A DNA stretch of 64,000 nucleotides from an uncultured Bacteroidales bacterium (lineage in GTDB: Bacteria; Bacteroidota; Bacteroidia; Bacteroidales; VadinHA17). Of this stretch, positions 11,101 to 20,151 are shown piece by piece. The position numbers and the translations under genes are program-made. Below the pieces are notes generated by a model. It was given only the letters and a program-made list of their open reading frames with translations. It did not search any database and had not been told where the DNA came from. The stretch's first letter is position 1, and each line of letters starts with the position of its first letter. The stretch is taken from the NCBI GenBank assembly GCA_963825935.1, contig CAWGUN010000013.1:558807-622806 (forward strand), written 5' to 3'.

Positions 11101-11977
11101 TGTTAACCCTAATAAATGGACCACTGACAAGAAGAAGAACGATAGCATAAAGCAGCTCCTTCACAACTATATTATAAAGTATAAGGAAATTGACGGGATT
11201 TATAAGCGTAAGAAATACAATATTACCATTGGCGATGAGCTTCCTGCAGGTATAGTCAGACTTGCAAAAGTATATATAGCCAAGAAAAGGAAAGTCAAAG
11301 TTGGTGATAAAATGGCCGGACGCCACGGTAACAAAGGTATTGTTGCAAAGATTGTCCGTAAGGAAGATATGCCATTTCTTGAAGACGGAACTCCTGTCGA
11401 TATCGTTCTAAACCCGCTTGGCGTACCTTCGAGGATGAACCTGGGACAGATCTATGAGACTGTTCTGGGCTGGGCTGGCCAGAAACTGGGACTGCAATTC
11501 TCAACACCTATTTTTGATGGTGCAACACTGGACCAGATAACCGAATATACCGAAAAGGCAGAATTACCAAGATATGGAACAACCTATCTGTATGACGGTG
11601 GCACAGGCGAAAGATTTGACCAGCCAGCTACTGTCGGTATTATCTATATGCTTAAGCTGGGACATATGGTCGACGACAAGATGCATGCGCGCTCTATCGG
11701 GCCATATTCTCTTATTACACAGCAACCCCTTGGTGGTAAAGCCCAGTTTGGAGGTCAGCGTTTCGGTGAAATGGAAGTATGGGCACTCGAAGCCTTCGGG
11801 GCAGCACATGTTCTCCAGGAGATACTGACAATTAAATCTGATGATGTTGTCGGCAGAGCCAAAGCGTACGAGGCAATTGTTAAAGGTGAACCGATGCCGC
11901 AACCAGGTATCCCGGAATCACTGAATGTGCTGTTGCACGAGCTAAGAGGACTTGGATTGAGCGTAATACTTGATTAA
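8168..11977 (+). CDS. rpoB: DNA-directed RNA polymerase subunit beta
   Basis: 1269 aa with the conserved [12 protein letters not shown] and NLGQ motifs. Confidence 0.99.
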   Translation: MSSKNTERISFASRKNQLEYPDFLEIQLKSFGEFFQLGTTPENRKKEGLFKVFTENFPITDTRNNFVLEFLDYYIDPPRYTIEECIERGLTFSVPLKAKLKLYCTDPEHEDFDTVIQDVYLGTVPYMTERATFVINGAERVVVSQLHRSPGVFFGQSIHANGTKLYSARIIPFKGSWIEFATDINNVMYAYIDRKKKLPVTTLLRAIGFESDKEILEIFNLAEEHKVSKTNIKKLVGRKLAARVLKTWIEDFVDEDTGEVVSIERNEVILDRETVIEPEHVDLIVDSGAKTILLHKDDTTLSDYAIIYNTLQKDPCNSEKEAVIYIYRQLRNAEPPDEATARDVIDKLFFSDKRYDLGEVGRYRINKKLGLNTEMGTKVLTREDIIKIIGYLIELINSKTDIDDIDHLSNRRVRTVGEQLYAQFGVGLARMARTIRERMNVRDNEVFTPVDLINSKTLSSVINSFFGTNQLSQFMDQTNPLAEMTHKRRMSALGPGGLSRERAGFEVRDVHYTHYGRLCPIETPEGPNIGLISSLCVYAKINDLGFIETPYRKVDDGVVDFTKDGVVWLSAEEEEEKMIAQANAPLRKDGHFEEARAKCRYEADYPFEEVSKIDMMDVAPNQIASIAASLIPFLEHDDANRALMGSNMMRQAVPIISPESPIVGTGLEAQVIKDSRILYVAEGDGVVEYVDANEIVVRYTRTDEEKFVSFDDDIKRYTLPKYKKTNQNTCINLIPVVKKGEKVKKGQVLTEGYGTKKGELALGRNLKVAFMPWKGYNFEDAIVISEKVVQEDMFTSVHIDEYQLEVRDTKRGLEELTSDIPNVSEEATKNLDENGLIRVGAHIRPGDILIGKITPKGESDPSPEEKLLRAIFGDKAGDVKDASLKAGPSLEGVVIDKKLFTRAIKDRKTKAVEKPMLDKIENEFNKNVDELKARLVDKIFILVNGKTSQGVKDYLNVDVIPKGSKFTLKQLQEVDFLNVNPNKWTTDKKKNDSIKQLLHNYIIKYKEIDGIYKRKKYNITIGDELPAGIVRLAKVYIAKKRKVKVGDKMAGRHGNKGIVAKIVRKEDMPFLEDGTPVDIVLNPLGVPSRMNLGQIYETVLGWAGQKLGLQFSTPIFDGATLDQITEYTEKAELPRYGTTYLYDGGTGERFDQPATVGIIYMLKLGHMVDDKMHARSIGPYSLITQQPLGGKAQFGGQRFGEMEVWALEAFGAAHVLQEILTIKSDDVVGRAKAYEAIVKGEPMPQPGIPESLNVLLHELRGLGLSVILD

Positions 11978-12027
11978 CAGCTCTTTCCTTAAATTATTTT
12001 AATCATTGTATAAAAAAAAATCAGTAT

Positions 12028-15000
12028 ATGTCATTCAGAAGAGATAACAAAACAAAAACCAGTTACTCAAAGATCTCAATAGGTCTTGCTTCACCTGAAG
12101 AAATACTCGATCGATCGAGCGGCGAAGTGCTGAAGCCTGAAACGATCAACTACCGTACATATAAACCTGAACGCGACGGTTTGTTCTGCGAAAGGATTTT
12201 TGGTCCGGTAAAAGATTATGAATGCCACTGCGGTAAATATAAAAGGATCCGTTACAAGGGCATTGTTTGCGATCGTTGCGGGGTTGAGGTTACAGAAAAA
12301 AAGGTGCGTCGTGAAAGAATGGGGCATATATCACTTGTTGTACCTGTTGCACATATCTGGTATTTCCGGTCGTTACCTAATAAAATAGGGTATCTTCTGG
12401 GACTTCCGACCAAAAAGCTTGATTCTATAATTTATTATGAGAGATATGTTGTAATAAATCCTGGTGTAAAAGCTGTTGATGGTGTAAAATATCTCGACTT
12501 TCTGACGGAAGAGGAATACCTCGAAATCACTGAATCTCTTCCAAAGGAGAATCAGTATCTTGAAGATAATCATCCTGATAAGTTTGTTGCTGACATGGGA
12601 GCAGAGGCTCTCTATAAGCTTCTTAGCCGTATCGACCTTGATGATATGTCTTATACTCTTCGCCACAGGGCAAATACAGAAACATCGCAGCAGCGTAAGA
12701 ATGAGGCTCTTAAGAGACTCCAGGTTGTAGAGGCATTCAGGGATTCAAAGCACGTGAATAAACCTGAATGGATGATAATCAAAGTGGTCCCGGTTATTCC
12801 ACCGGAATTAAGACCTCTTGTTCCCCTTGATGGCGGACGTTTCGCCACAAGCGACCTGAATGATCTTTACAGGAGAGTTATTATAAGAAACAACCGTCTG
12901 AAACGGCTTATTGAAATCAAGGCTCCGGAAGTTATTCTCAGGAACGAAAAAAGGATGCTCCAGGAGGCCGTTGATTCACTTTTCGATAATTCGAGAAAAG
13001 CCAATGCAGTCAAGACAGATGCAAACCGTCCTCTTAAATCTTTGAGCGACAGTCTTAAAGGTAAACAGGGAAGGTTCCGTCAGAACCTGCTCGGTAAAAG
13101 AGTCGACTATTCAGCACGTTCTGTCATTGTTGTCGGTCCTGAGCTTAACCTTCACGAATGCGGACTTCCAAAAGATATGGCTGCAGAGCTTTATAAGCCG
13201 TTTATAATCCGTAAGCTCATTGAGCGCGGAATTGTTAAAACAGTTAAATCGGCAAAGAAAATTGTCGACAGGAAAGATCCTGTTGTCTGGGATATCCTTG
13301 AGAATGTTCTCAAAGGTCACCCTGTTCTCCTTAACCGTGCTCCTACACTTCACAGACTTGGTATCCAGGCTTTCCAGCCCAAACTTATAGAGGGAAAGGC
13401 AATACAGCTTCACCCGCTTGTATGTACTGCCTTCAACGCCGACTTCGACGGTGACCAGATGGCAGTTCATCTTCCTCTGGGGAATGGTGCTGTGCTTGAA
13501 GCACAGATGCTTATGCTGGCTTCTCATAACATTCTGAACCCGGCAAACGGTGCGCCTATCACTGTTCCTTCGCAGGACATGGTTCTCGGACTTTACTATA
13601 TCACCAAGGGAAGAAAATCTACCGAAACTGATAAAGTAAGAGGTGAAGGGCTGATTTTCTATTCACCGCAGGAGGTAAATATTGCATACAATGAAGGTAA
13701 GATTGACCTTCATGCAGTTATAAAGGTAAAAGTAAGAGACAGGGTTGATGGTGAATTTGTAAACCATATTATTGAGACAACTGTCGGAAAAGTAATATTC
13801 AACCAGTTTGTTCCTGAAGAAGTTGGATTCATAAACGAGATCCTGACCAAAAAATCACTGAGGGATATTATCGGGCGCGTTCTGAAGCTTGCCGGTATGG
13901 CAAAAACTGCCGATTTCCTCGATGCAATTAAAAACCTGGGTTTCTATTCAGCATTCAAGGGAGGTCTCTCGTTTAATCTCGACGATGTTATTATCCCAGA
14001 AGATAAAACCAAATTTGTTACTGAAGGATATGAGCAGGTAGAAGAAGTGCTGAATAACTACAGTATGGGATTCATTACCAACAATGAACGATATAACCAG
14101 ATTATCGATATCTGGACCCATGTGAATGCACGACTTACTCAGTCTCTGATGAAGCAGCTTTCAAACGACAAGCATGGCTTCAACTCAGTTTATATGATGC
14201 TTGATTCAGGTGCAAGGGGCTCAAAAGAACAGATCCGGCAGCTTTCAGGTATGAGGGGACTTATGGCAAAACCTCAGAAATCGGGCTCTGCGAGTTCAGA
14301 GATCATTGAGAATCCGATCCTTTCAAACTTTAAAGAGGGACTTTCAGTTCTTGAGTACTTTATATCAACTCACGGTGCACGAAAAGGTCTTGCCGATACA
14401 GCTCTTAAAACTGCTGATGCCGGTTATCTGACACGTCGTCTTGTTGACGTATCACAGGATGTTATTATTAATGAGGAAGACTGCGGGACACTCAGGGGTC
14501 TTGTTGCAACAGCAATCAAGAAAAATGAGGAAGTTGTTGAATCATTGTACGAAAGAGTTCTTGGACGTACTACCGTTCATAATGTATATCATCCTCTTAC
14601 AGGCGAACTTATTACTGAGGCAGGGCAGGAGCTCACCGAAGATATTGCCAGGAAAATTGAGGATTCACCAATAGAGCAGGTCGAGATACGATCGGTGCTT
14701 ACCTGCGAATCTAAAAAAGGAGTCTGTGCTAAATGTTATGGACGTAACCTTGCAACAGGACAGATGGTTCAGAAAGGTGAAGCAGTCGGAGTTATTGCTG
14801 CCCAGAGTATTGGGGAGCCCGGAACACAGCTTACACTCCGTACATTCCACGTGGGAGGTACTGCGTCAAATATCACAACAGAATCGAGACTGGTTGCACG
14901 TTATGGCGGTATTGCTGAGATTGAGGAATTAAGATCAGTTCCCAAGAAAGATCCTGAAAAAGGCAATATTGATATAGTTATCGGACGTCTTGCAGAACTC

Positions 15001-16356
15001 AGAATCATTGACAAGAAAACAAGTATCGCTCTTACAACCCATACAATTCCTTACGGATCAAAGCTCTATATTAAACCCGGACAGGAAATTGAAAAGGGTA
15101 AACTTATTTGCGAATGGGATCCGTTCAATGCAGTTATTATTTCGGAACTCGGAGGTAAGATAGGTTATGATTACCTTATTGAAGGTATAACATTCCGCGA
15201 GGAGTCTGACGAGCAAACAGGCTTTAAAGAGAAGGTGATAATCGAAAGCAGGGACAAGACAAAGAATCCGGCGATCAAGATATTATCTCCGAAAGGAGAG
15301 GAGCTCAGGCTATACAACCTTCCTGTTGGTGCGCATCTTGTAGTTGAAACAAATAAAATGGTAGAGGCAGGTGAGGTACTTGCGAAGATTCCGCGTGCTA
15401 TCGGGAAATCTGGTGATATAACCGGTGGTCTTCCGAGAGTTACCGAGCTGTTCGAAGCACGTAATCCTTCAAATCCGGCAATTGTTTCGGAAATTGATGG
15501 TGAAGTGACATTTGGAAAGATAAAAAGAGGCAACAGAGAGATAACCATCAAGTCTAAGACAGATGAGGTTAAGAAATACCTTGTCCCATTGTCAAAGCAG
15601 ATACTGGTACAGGAAAATGATTATGTTAAGGCTGGTATTCCTCTTTCCGACGGTGCTATTACTCCTTCTGATATTCTTTCAATTAAAGGGCCAACAAAGG
15701 TACAGGAATATATTGTTAATGAGATCCAGGAAGTGTACCGTCTGCAGGGTGTGAAGATAAATGACAAGCATTTTGAAACCATTGTACGCCAGATGATGCG
15801 TAAGGTTGAGATAGTCGACCCGGGTGATACAAAATTCCTTGAGCGCCAGGTTGTTGATAAACTTGAATTCATGGATGAAAATGACTGGATCTACGGAAAG
15901 AAAGTCATTATTGAGGGGGGTGATTCTCCGGCACTTCGTCCAGGAATGATTATTACTGCACGTAAACTAAGGGATGAGAATTCCGTACTCAAGCGTAAAG
16001 ACCTTAAAGTGGTCGATGCAAGGGATGCCATTCCTGCAACTTCCAGCCAGGTTTTACAGGGAATTACCCGTGCGGCACTTCAGACAAACAGCTTCTTCTC
16101 AGCTGCTTCATTCCAGGAGACAACCAAAGTTCTGAACGAAGCTGCAATTTTAGGAAAAGTCGATAAGCTTGAAGGGCTTAAGGAAAACGTTATAGTAGGC
16201 CATCTTATTCCTGCAGGTACCGGACTACGCGAATATAACAGCATAATTGTTGGTTCGCTTGAGGAATATGAAAACCTTGTTGGTGGTGACCAGGAATCAG
16301 TGGTTGAAGCTGAAGGTGAAGCTGAACCAGTACCAGTACCTGTTCGAAAGAAATAA
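12028..16356 (+). CDS. rpoC: DNA-directed RNA polymerase subunit beta'
   Basis: 1442 aa with the zinc ribbon [20 protein letters not shown] and the catalytic NADFDGDQM motif. Confidence 0.99.
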   Translation: MSFRRDNKTKTSYSKISIGLASPEEILDRSSGEVLKPETINYRTYKPERDGLFCERIFGPVKDYECHCGKYKRIRYKGIVCDRCGVEVTEKKVRRERMGHISLVVPVAHIWYFRSLPNKIGYLLGLPTKKLDSIIYYERYVVINPGVKAVDGVKYLDFLTEEEYLEITESLPKENQYLEDNHPDKFVADMGAEALYKLLSRIDLDDMSYTLRHRANTETSQQRKNEALKRLQVVEAFRDSKHVNKPEWMIIKVVPVIPPELRPLVPLDGGRFATSDLNDLYRRVIIRNNRLKRLIEIKAPEVILRNEKRMLQEAVDSLFDNSRKANAVKTDANRPLKSLSDSLKGKQGRFRQNLLGKRVDYSARSVIVVGPELNLHECGLPKDMAAELYKPFIIRKLIERGIVKTVKSAKKIVDRKDPVVWDILENVLKGHPVLLNRAPTLHRLGIQAFQPKLIEGKAIQLHPLVCTAFNADFDGDQMAVHLPLGNGAVLEAQMLMLASHNILNPANGAPITVPSQDMVLGLYYITKGRKSTETDKVRGEGLIFYSPQEVNIAYNEGKIDLHAVIKVKVRDRVDGEFVNHIIETTVGKVIFNQFVPEEVGFINEILTKKSLRDIIGRVLKLAGMAKTADFLDAIKNLGFYSAFKGGLSFNLDDVIIPEDKTKFVTEGYEQVEEVLNNYSMGFITNNERYNQIIDIWTHVNARLTQSLMKQLSNDKHGFNSVYMMLDSGARGSKEQIRQLSGMRGLMAKPQKSGSASSEIIENPILSNFKEGLSVLEYFISTHGARKGLADTALKTADAGYLTRRLVDVSQDVIINEEDCGTLRGLVATAIKKNEEVVESLYERVLGRTTVHNVYHPLTGELITEAGQELTEDIARKIEDSPIEQVEIRSVLTCESKKGVCAKCYGRNLATGQMVQKGEAVGVIAAQSIGEPGTQLTLRTFHVGGTASNITTESRLVARYGGIAEIEELRSVPKKDPEKGNIDIVIGRLAELRIIDKKTSIALTTHTIPYGSKLYIKPGQEIEKGKLICEWDPFNAVIISELGGKIGYDYLIEGITFREESDEQTGFKEKVIIESRDKTKNPAIKILSPKGEELRLYNLPVGAHLVVETNKMVEAGEVLAKIPRAIGKSGDITGGLPRVTELFEARNPSNPAIVSEIDGEVTFGKIKRGNREITIKSKTDEVKKYLVPLSKQILVQENDYVKAGIPLSDGAITPSDILSIKGPTKVQEYIVNEIQEVYRLQGVKINDKHFETIVRQMMRKVEIVDPGDTKFLERQVVDKLEFMDENDWIYGKKVIIEGGDSPALRPGMIITARKLRDENSVLKRKDLKVVDARDAIPATSSQVLQGITRAALQTNSFFSAASFQETTKVLNEAAILGKVDKLEGLKENVIVGHLIPAGTGLREYNSIIVGSLEEYENLVGGDQESVVEAEGEAEPVPVPVRKK

Positions 16357-16372
16357 TTTAATCTTCTTTATA

Positions 16373-16690
16373 ATGGCAGATCCAAAAGACCAGAACCAGA
16401 TCAGTATTGAGCTAAATGAAGAAATTGCCCAGGGAATCTATTCAAACCTGGCTGTAATTACTCATTCTGCTTCAGAGTTTGTAATTGATTTTGTGAGGAT
16501 AATGCCCGGTATTCCTAAAGCACAGGTAAAGTCGAGGGTAATTCTCACTCCTGAGCATGCAAAAAGACTGGTTGCAGCTTTGGAGGATAATATCGCTAAA
16601 TATGAATCTGTCCACGGACATATAAAGGAAGTCAAAGGGTCAGGACCAGTTATGCCTCTGACATTCGGAGGTCCGACAGCCCAGGCCTGA
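16373..16690 (+). CDS. DUF3467-family small protein (conserved downstream of rpoC in Bacteroidota)
   Basis: The track ORF 16247-16690 begins inside rpoC. The in-frame ATG at 16373, 16 nt after the rpoC stop, gives MADPKDQNQISIELNEEIAQGIYSNLAVITHSASEFVIDFVRIMPG, which is the typical DUF3467 sequence as I recall it. Confidence 0.8.
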   Translation: MADPKDQNQISIELNEEIAQGIYSNLAVITHSASEFVIDFVRIMPGIPKAQVKSRVILTPEHAKRLVAALEDNIAKYESVHGHIKEVKGSGPVMPLTFGGPTAQA

Positions 16691-16713
16691 AATGCCAATA
16701 ACTCATATATTAA

Positions 16714-16748
16714 GCCGTCAGAAAATTCTTTTGACGGCTTCTTTTTTT
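16714..16748 (+). terminator. Rho-independent terminator ending the rpoBC unit
   Basis: GCCGTCA (16714-16720) / TGACGGC (16732-16738) stem followed by TTCTTTTTTTG. Confidence 0.75.
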
Positions 16749-16813
16749 GTTATGAATGAAATAAAACCTTACTTTGTGTGTTGGTACTGTATATATATTA
16801 AGAGGGTCCTTTC

Positions 16814-17218
16814 ATGAAAATGTACATTATACGAAAAATAGTTGTTGTTCTGATAATGGTTATGCCGCTCATCTCATGGTCAGGGTGTAAAAAGCAGGCA
16901 AAATGCGGTTGCGGAAAAGATGTTCTTTTTTCTCTGGAAGATGAACTCATGGATCATTCTTCAATTACTTTTGGATCAAACGGTGCATCTGCTTCGTTTA
17001 CAATAGGTTATTCGACTTATATCTTTTGCAACCCTCTTGAAATGTACGCCATTTATACCGATATGAATAGTGGTGACCGTTTACGTTTATCAGGAGATGC
17101 TTTCTGGGAATGCAGTTACCTGATGCAAAGTGGCGGCGGCAGTTCTTATTCCTACTATTATAAAGTCTATAATATCCAGGTTACCAAGATGGAACCTGAA
17201 GTGTACGGGAAAAAATAA
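16814..17218 (+). CDS. Small hypothetical lipoprotein
   Basis: 134 aa. Signal peptide with lipobox LISWSGC. I recognise no family. Confidence 0.55.
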   Translation: MKMYIIRKIVVVLIMVMPLISWSGCKKQAKCGCGKDVLFSLEDELMDHSSITFGSNGASASFTIGYSTYIFCNPLEMYAIYTDMNSGDRLRLSGDAFWECSYLMQSGGGSSYSYYYKVYNIQVTKMEPEVYGKK

Positions 17219-17226
17219 AGTTTCCC

Positions 17227-18006
17227 ATGGCACAGTACAATTTATCTTTTGCAGGTGCCGGCCGGGTAGCCGGAGCTCTATGCCTGGAATTGTATCGTAG
17301 TGGATTTAAAATCCTGCAGGTTGTATCTGAATCTGAACGTGATGGAAAACCTCTTGCCAGCAGCTGTAACGCTTCATGGTCGTCTGAACTGAACTACAGC
17401 AATCAGAATGATATTATTATTGTTGCCGTGCCTGATCACAGGTTAAATGAAGTACTTGATCATATTAAGTGTACTGATAACACTATTGTTGCGCATACAG
17501 CTGGCAGTTTAGGACTTGAAGTATTCCCCGCCCATATTAAAAAAGCAGGTGTATTTTACCCGTTGCAGACATTCTCAAAAGGCAGAAACATAAGGTTTAA
17601 AGATCTGCCCTTTCTGTTGGAGGCATCCGGAAAAGAAACAGGAGAAATACTTGAATCTTTGGCAGTATCAATAGGGGGTAAAGCTCATTTTCTTTCTGTG
17701 GATCAGCGTAAAATGCTTCACCTTTCTGCTGTATTTGTAAATAACTTTACCAACTACATGCTGACAGCAGGAGAAGAAATAACTACCAGAGCCGGACTGT
17801 CATTTGAATTGCTTGTGCCTCTGATCAGGGAAACGGTTTCTAAAGCCCTCGAAACCGGCCCGGAAAAATCACAAACCGGTCCGGCAGTACGAAATGACCT
17901 AGACACTATTGAAAAGCATATAGAATTATTATCTTTCTCACCTGAATTGCAGACAATGTACAGTGAAATTACAAAGTCGATTATAAAACATTATAAAAGA
18001 GGCTGA
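17227..18006 (+). CDS. Rossmann-like / DUF2520 domain protein (ProC-like fold, function unknown)
   Basis: 259 aa with N-terminal FAGAGRVAGAL dinucleotide-binding motif. Position upstream of kdsC is as in other Bacteroidia. Confidence 0.65.
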   Translation: MAQYNLSFAGAGRVAGALCLELYRSGFKILQVVSESERDGKPLASSCNASWSSELNYSNQNDIIIVAVPDHRLNEVLDHIKCTDNTIVAHTAGSLGLEVFPAHIKKAGVFYPLQTFSKGRNIRFKDLPFLLEASGKETGEILESLAVSIGGKAHFLSVDQRKMLHLSAVFVNNFTNYMLTAGEEITTRAGLSFELLVPLIRETVSKALETGPEKSQTGPAVRNDLDTIEKHIELLSFSPELQTMYSEITKSIIKHYKRG

Positions 18007-18008
18007 TA

Positions 18009-18531
18009 ATGACAAATTTTAAAGAAAATCTGGCCGGAGTAAAAGCATTTATTTTTGATATTGACGGAGTATTGTCACTTCAGACTATCAGCCTGAATGC
18101 ATTCGGAGTTCCAAACAGAACTGTTAATCTTCGCGATGGGTACGCGCTGCAGCTCGCAGTAAAAAAAGGTTATCCTGTCGGGGTTATTTCCGGATGCAAT
18201 TCGAAGGAGTATCAGAAAAGGCTTAAGATCGCTGGGCATAACCGAAATCTACCTTAACAGCAGGTCAAAACTTGATAATTATAACAGCTTTAAGAAGAAG
18301 TTCAGGCTCAATGATCCGGATATTCTTTTCATGGGCGATGATATCCCTGATTTTGAAGTAATGAAGAGTGCCGGTGTCCCTGTCTGTCCCTCTGATGCCG
18401 ACAGCGAGATTAAGCAGGTTGCTTCTTATATTTCTGATAAGAAGGGTGGCGAAGGGTGTGTCAGGGATGTTGTTGAACAGGTTCTCAGGCTGCATAACAA
18501 CTGGATGGATTCTGATGCATTTTCATGGTAA
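18009..18531 (+). pseudogene. kdsC: KDO 8-phosphate phosphatase KdsC, interrupted by a +1 frameshift near 18234-18236
   Basis: ORF 18009-18257 gives the HAD N-terminus (FIFDIDGVL..GVISGCNSKEYQKRLKIAG) then HNRNLP*. Removing one G from GCTGGGCATA restores ..AGITEIYLNSRSKLDNYNSFKKKFRLNDPDILFMGDDIPDFEVM, which joins ORF 18331-18531 (..GGEGCVRDVVEQVL). Confidence 0.85.
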
Positions 18532-18532
18532 T

Positions 18533-19513
18533 ATGAAAGAATTTCTAAAACTTATAAGGTGGCAAAATCTTATCATTGTAATACTTACAATGGTGCTGAT
18601 GAGATATTGTATCATTGAGCCACTTATTAGCAAACTAAAAGTTATGATGTTGGATGGGAGTGGCCAGGTCTCACTCAAGCTTCAGTTTCCATGGTACGAT
18701 TTTATCATTCTTGTTGCAGCCACAGTTTTTATAACGGCGGGCGGATATGTGATAAATGATTACTTTGATATTAAAACTGACCTTATTAACCGGGGAAGTG
18801 TAATTGTCGGGACTAAAATCCCAAGACACAAGGCTATGATGTGGCACAACATTTTCAATATTGCAGGTGTTGCCGCTGGATTTTATATTTCCTGGAAGGT
18901 TGGATATATATGGATGGGAATATTTTTTCTTTTAGTTTCCGGACTTCTCTATTTTTATTCCGCAAGTTATAAGCGACAGTTCCTTATTGGTAATTTAATT
19001 GTCGCTCTTCTGACAGCGATGGTCCCTATGATGGTCATTATGTATGAGTGGCCCGTTCTTTACCGATACTACACGACCAGGGCAGCTGAACTGTATAATC
19101 TCAGCTTTCTGTTTTGGTGGATCGGAGGCTTTTCTGTTTTTGCTTTCATTACTACATTGACCCGTGAAATAATAAAAGATATCGAAGACTTTGAAGGCGA
19201 TATGGCATATGGCCGGAGGACAATCCCGGTGGTTATTGGAATACCTGCCTCAAAAGTAATAGCATTGAGCCTGATAATAATCACCATTGCAATGCTCTAC
19301 ATTGTATGGTTTTACTTCATAAATGATAAAATAACTTTTATTTATCTGACTGCAGGTATCGTTTTACCTCTCTTTTATATTATATATCAGTTGGTAGTGA
19401 GCAGAAACAGGAAGCAGCTTCACATTGCCAGCAGATTAATGAAAATTGTCATGCTGACCGGTATCCTCTATTCTGTTGTGGTAAAATCAATTATTACCTG
19501 GAATCTTTTCTGA
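18533..19513 (+). CDS. UbiA-family aromatic/isoprenoid prenyltransferase (membrane)
   Basis: The track ORF starts at 18368 inside kdsC. The ATG at 18533, 1 nt after the kdsC stop, gives MKEFLKLIRWQNL. Asp-rich motifs NDYFDIKTD and DIEDFEGD are present, along with multiple TM helices. Confidence 0.8.
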   Translation: MKEFLKLIRWQNLIIVILTMVLMRYCIIEPLISKLKVMMLDGSGQVSLKLQFPWYDFIILVAATVFITAGGYVINDYFDIKTDLINRGSVIVGTKIPRHKAMMWHNIFNIAGVAAGFYISWKVGYIWMGIFFLLVSGLLYFYSASYKRQFLIGNLIVALLTAMVPMMVIMYEWPVLYRYYTTRAAELYNLSFLFWWIGGFSVFAFITTLTREIIKDIEDFEGDMAYGRRTIPVVIGIPASKVIALSLIIITIAMLYIVWFYFINDKITFIYLTAGIVLPLFYIIYQLVVSRNRKQLHIASRLMKIVMLTGILYSVVVKSIITWNLF

Positions 19514-19515
19514 AG

Positions 19516-20103
19516 ATGCTGACTGATAGCCTGAAAAAATACAGAATAATCCTTGCTTCGCGGTCTCCACGAAGGCAGCAGCTTCTCAGGGACATGGGAC
19601 TGAGGTTCGAGGTCGTAATCAGGGATTTTGTTGAAGATTATCCGGAAAACATTTCAGGTGAAAAAATTGCCTTTTACCTGGCCCGAACGAAAGCTGAAAC
19701 TTTTAAGAATGAGATATCTGACAATGAGATCGTTATAACAGCAGATACTATTGTATGGTGCAATAAAAGGGTGCTTGGAAAACCTGCTGATAAGAATGAG
19801 GCTGTCATGATGATCAGGGATCTGTCAGCAAATACTCATGAAGTAATTACCGGGGTATCCATCCTTTCAGCTTTTAAGGAAAAAACTTTTACTGAATCCA
19901 CAAAAGTGACTTTTGAAAAACTGACTGAAGAAGAAATTCTTTATTATGTAGATAAATACGAACCCTTTGATAAAGCCGGTGCTTACGGGATACAGGAATG
20001 GATAGGTTTGGCTGCATGCAGCAGGATAGAGGGATCGTATTTCAATGTTGTGGGGCTGCCGGTACAGAAGCTGTACAAGGAACTGAAAGAGTTTATAAGA
20101 TAA
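19516..20103 (+). CDS. maf: Maf-like nucleoside triphosphate pyrophosphatase
   Basis: 195 aa with ILASRSPRRQQLL, AGAYGIQ and VVGLP motifs. Confidence 0.9.
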   Translation: MLTDSLKKYRIILASRSPRRQQLLRDMGLRFEVVIRDFVEDYPENISGEKIAFYLARTKAETFKNEISDNEIVITADTIVWCNKRVLGKPADKNEAVMMIRDLSANTHEVITGVSILSAFKEKTFTESTKVTFEKLTEEEILYYVDKYEPFDKAGAYGIQEWIGLAACSRIEGSYFNVVGLPVQKLYKELKEFIR

Positions 20104-20151
20104 AAGACAAAAGACCAAGATAAAGACCCAAGACCCAAGACCCAAGAATAT
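20103..20151. repeat. Phased heptanucleotide tandem array filling the maf-peptidase spacer
   Basis: AAAGACA AAAGACC AAGATAA then AGACCCA x3 (perfect). It runs directly into the ATG at 20150. Confidence 0.9.

Noticed and set aside
16247-16372. N-terminal extension of the DUF3467 ORF.
   Set aside because: It overlaps the 3' end of rpoC in another frame. The in-frame ATG at 16373 gives the conserved family N-terminus.
18368-18532. N-terminal 55-codon extension of the UbiA-family ORF.
   Set aside because: It overlaps the C-terminal half of kdsC in another frame. The hydrophobic UbiA-like sequence only begins at the ATG at 18533.
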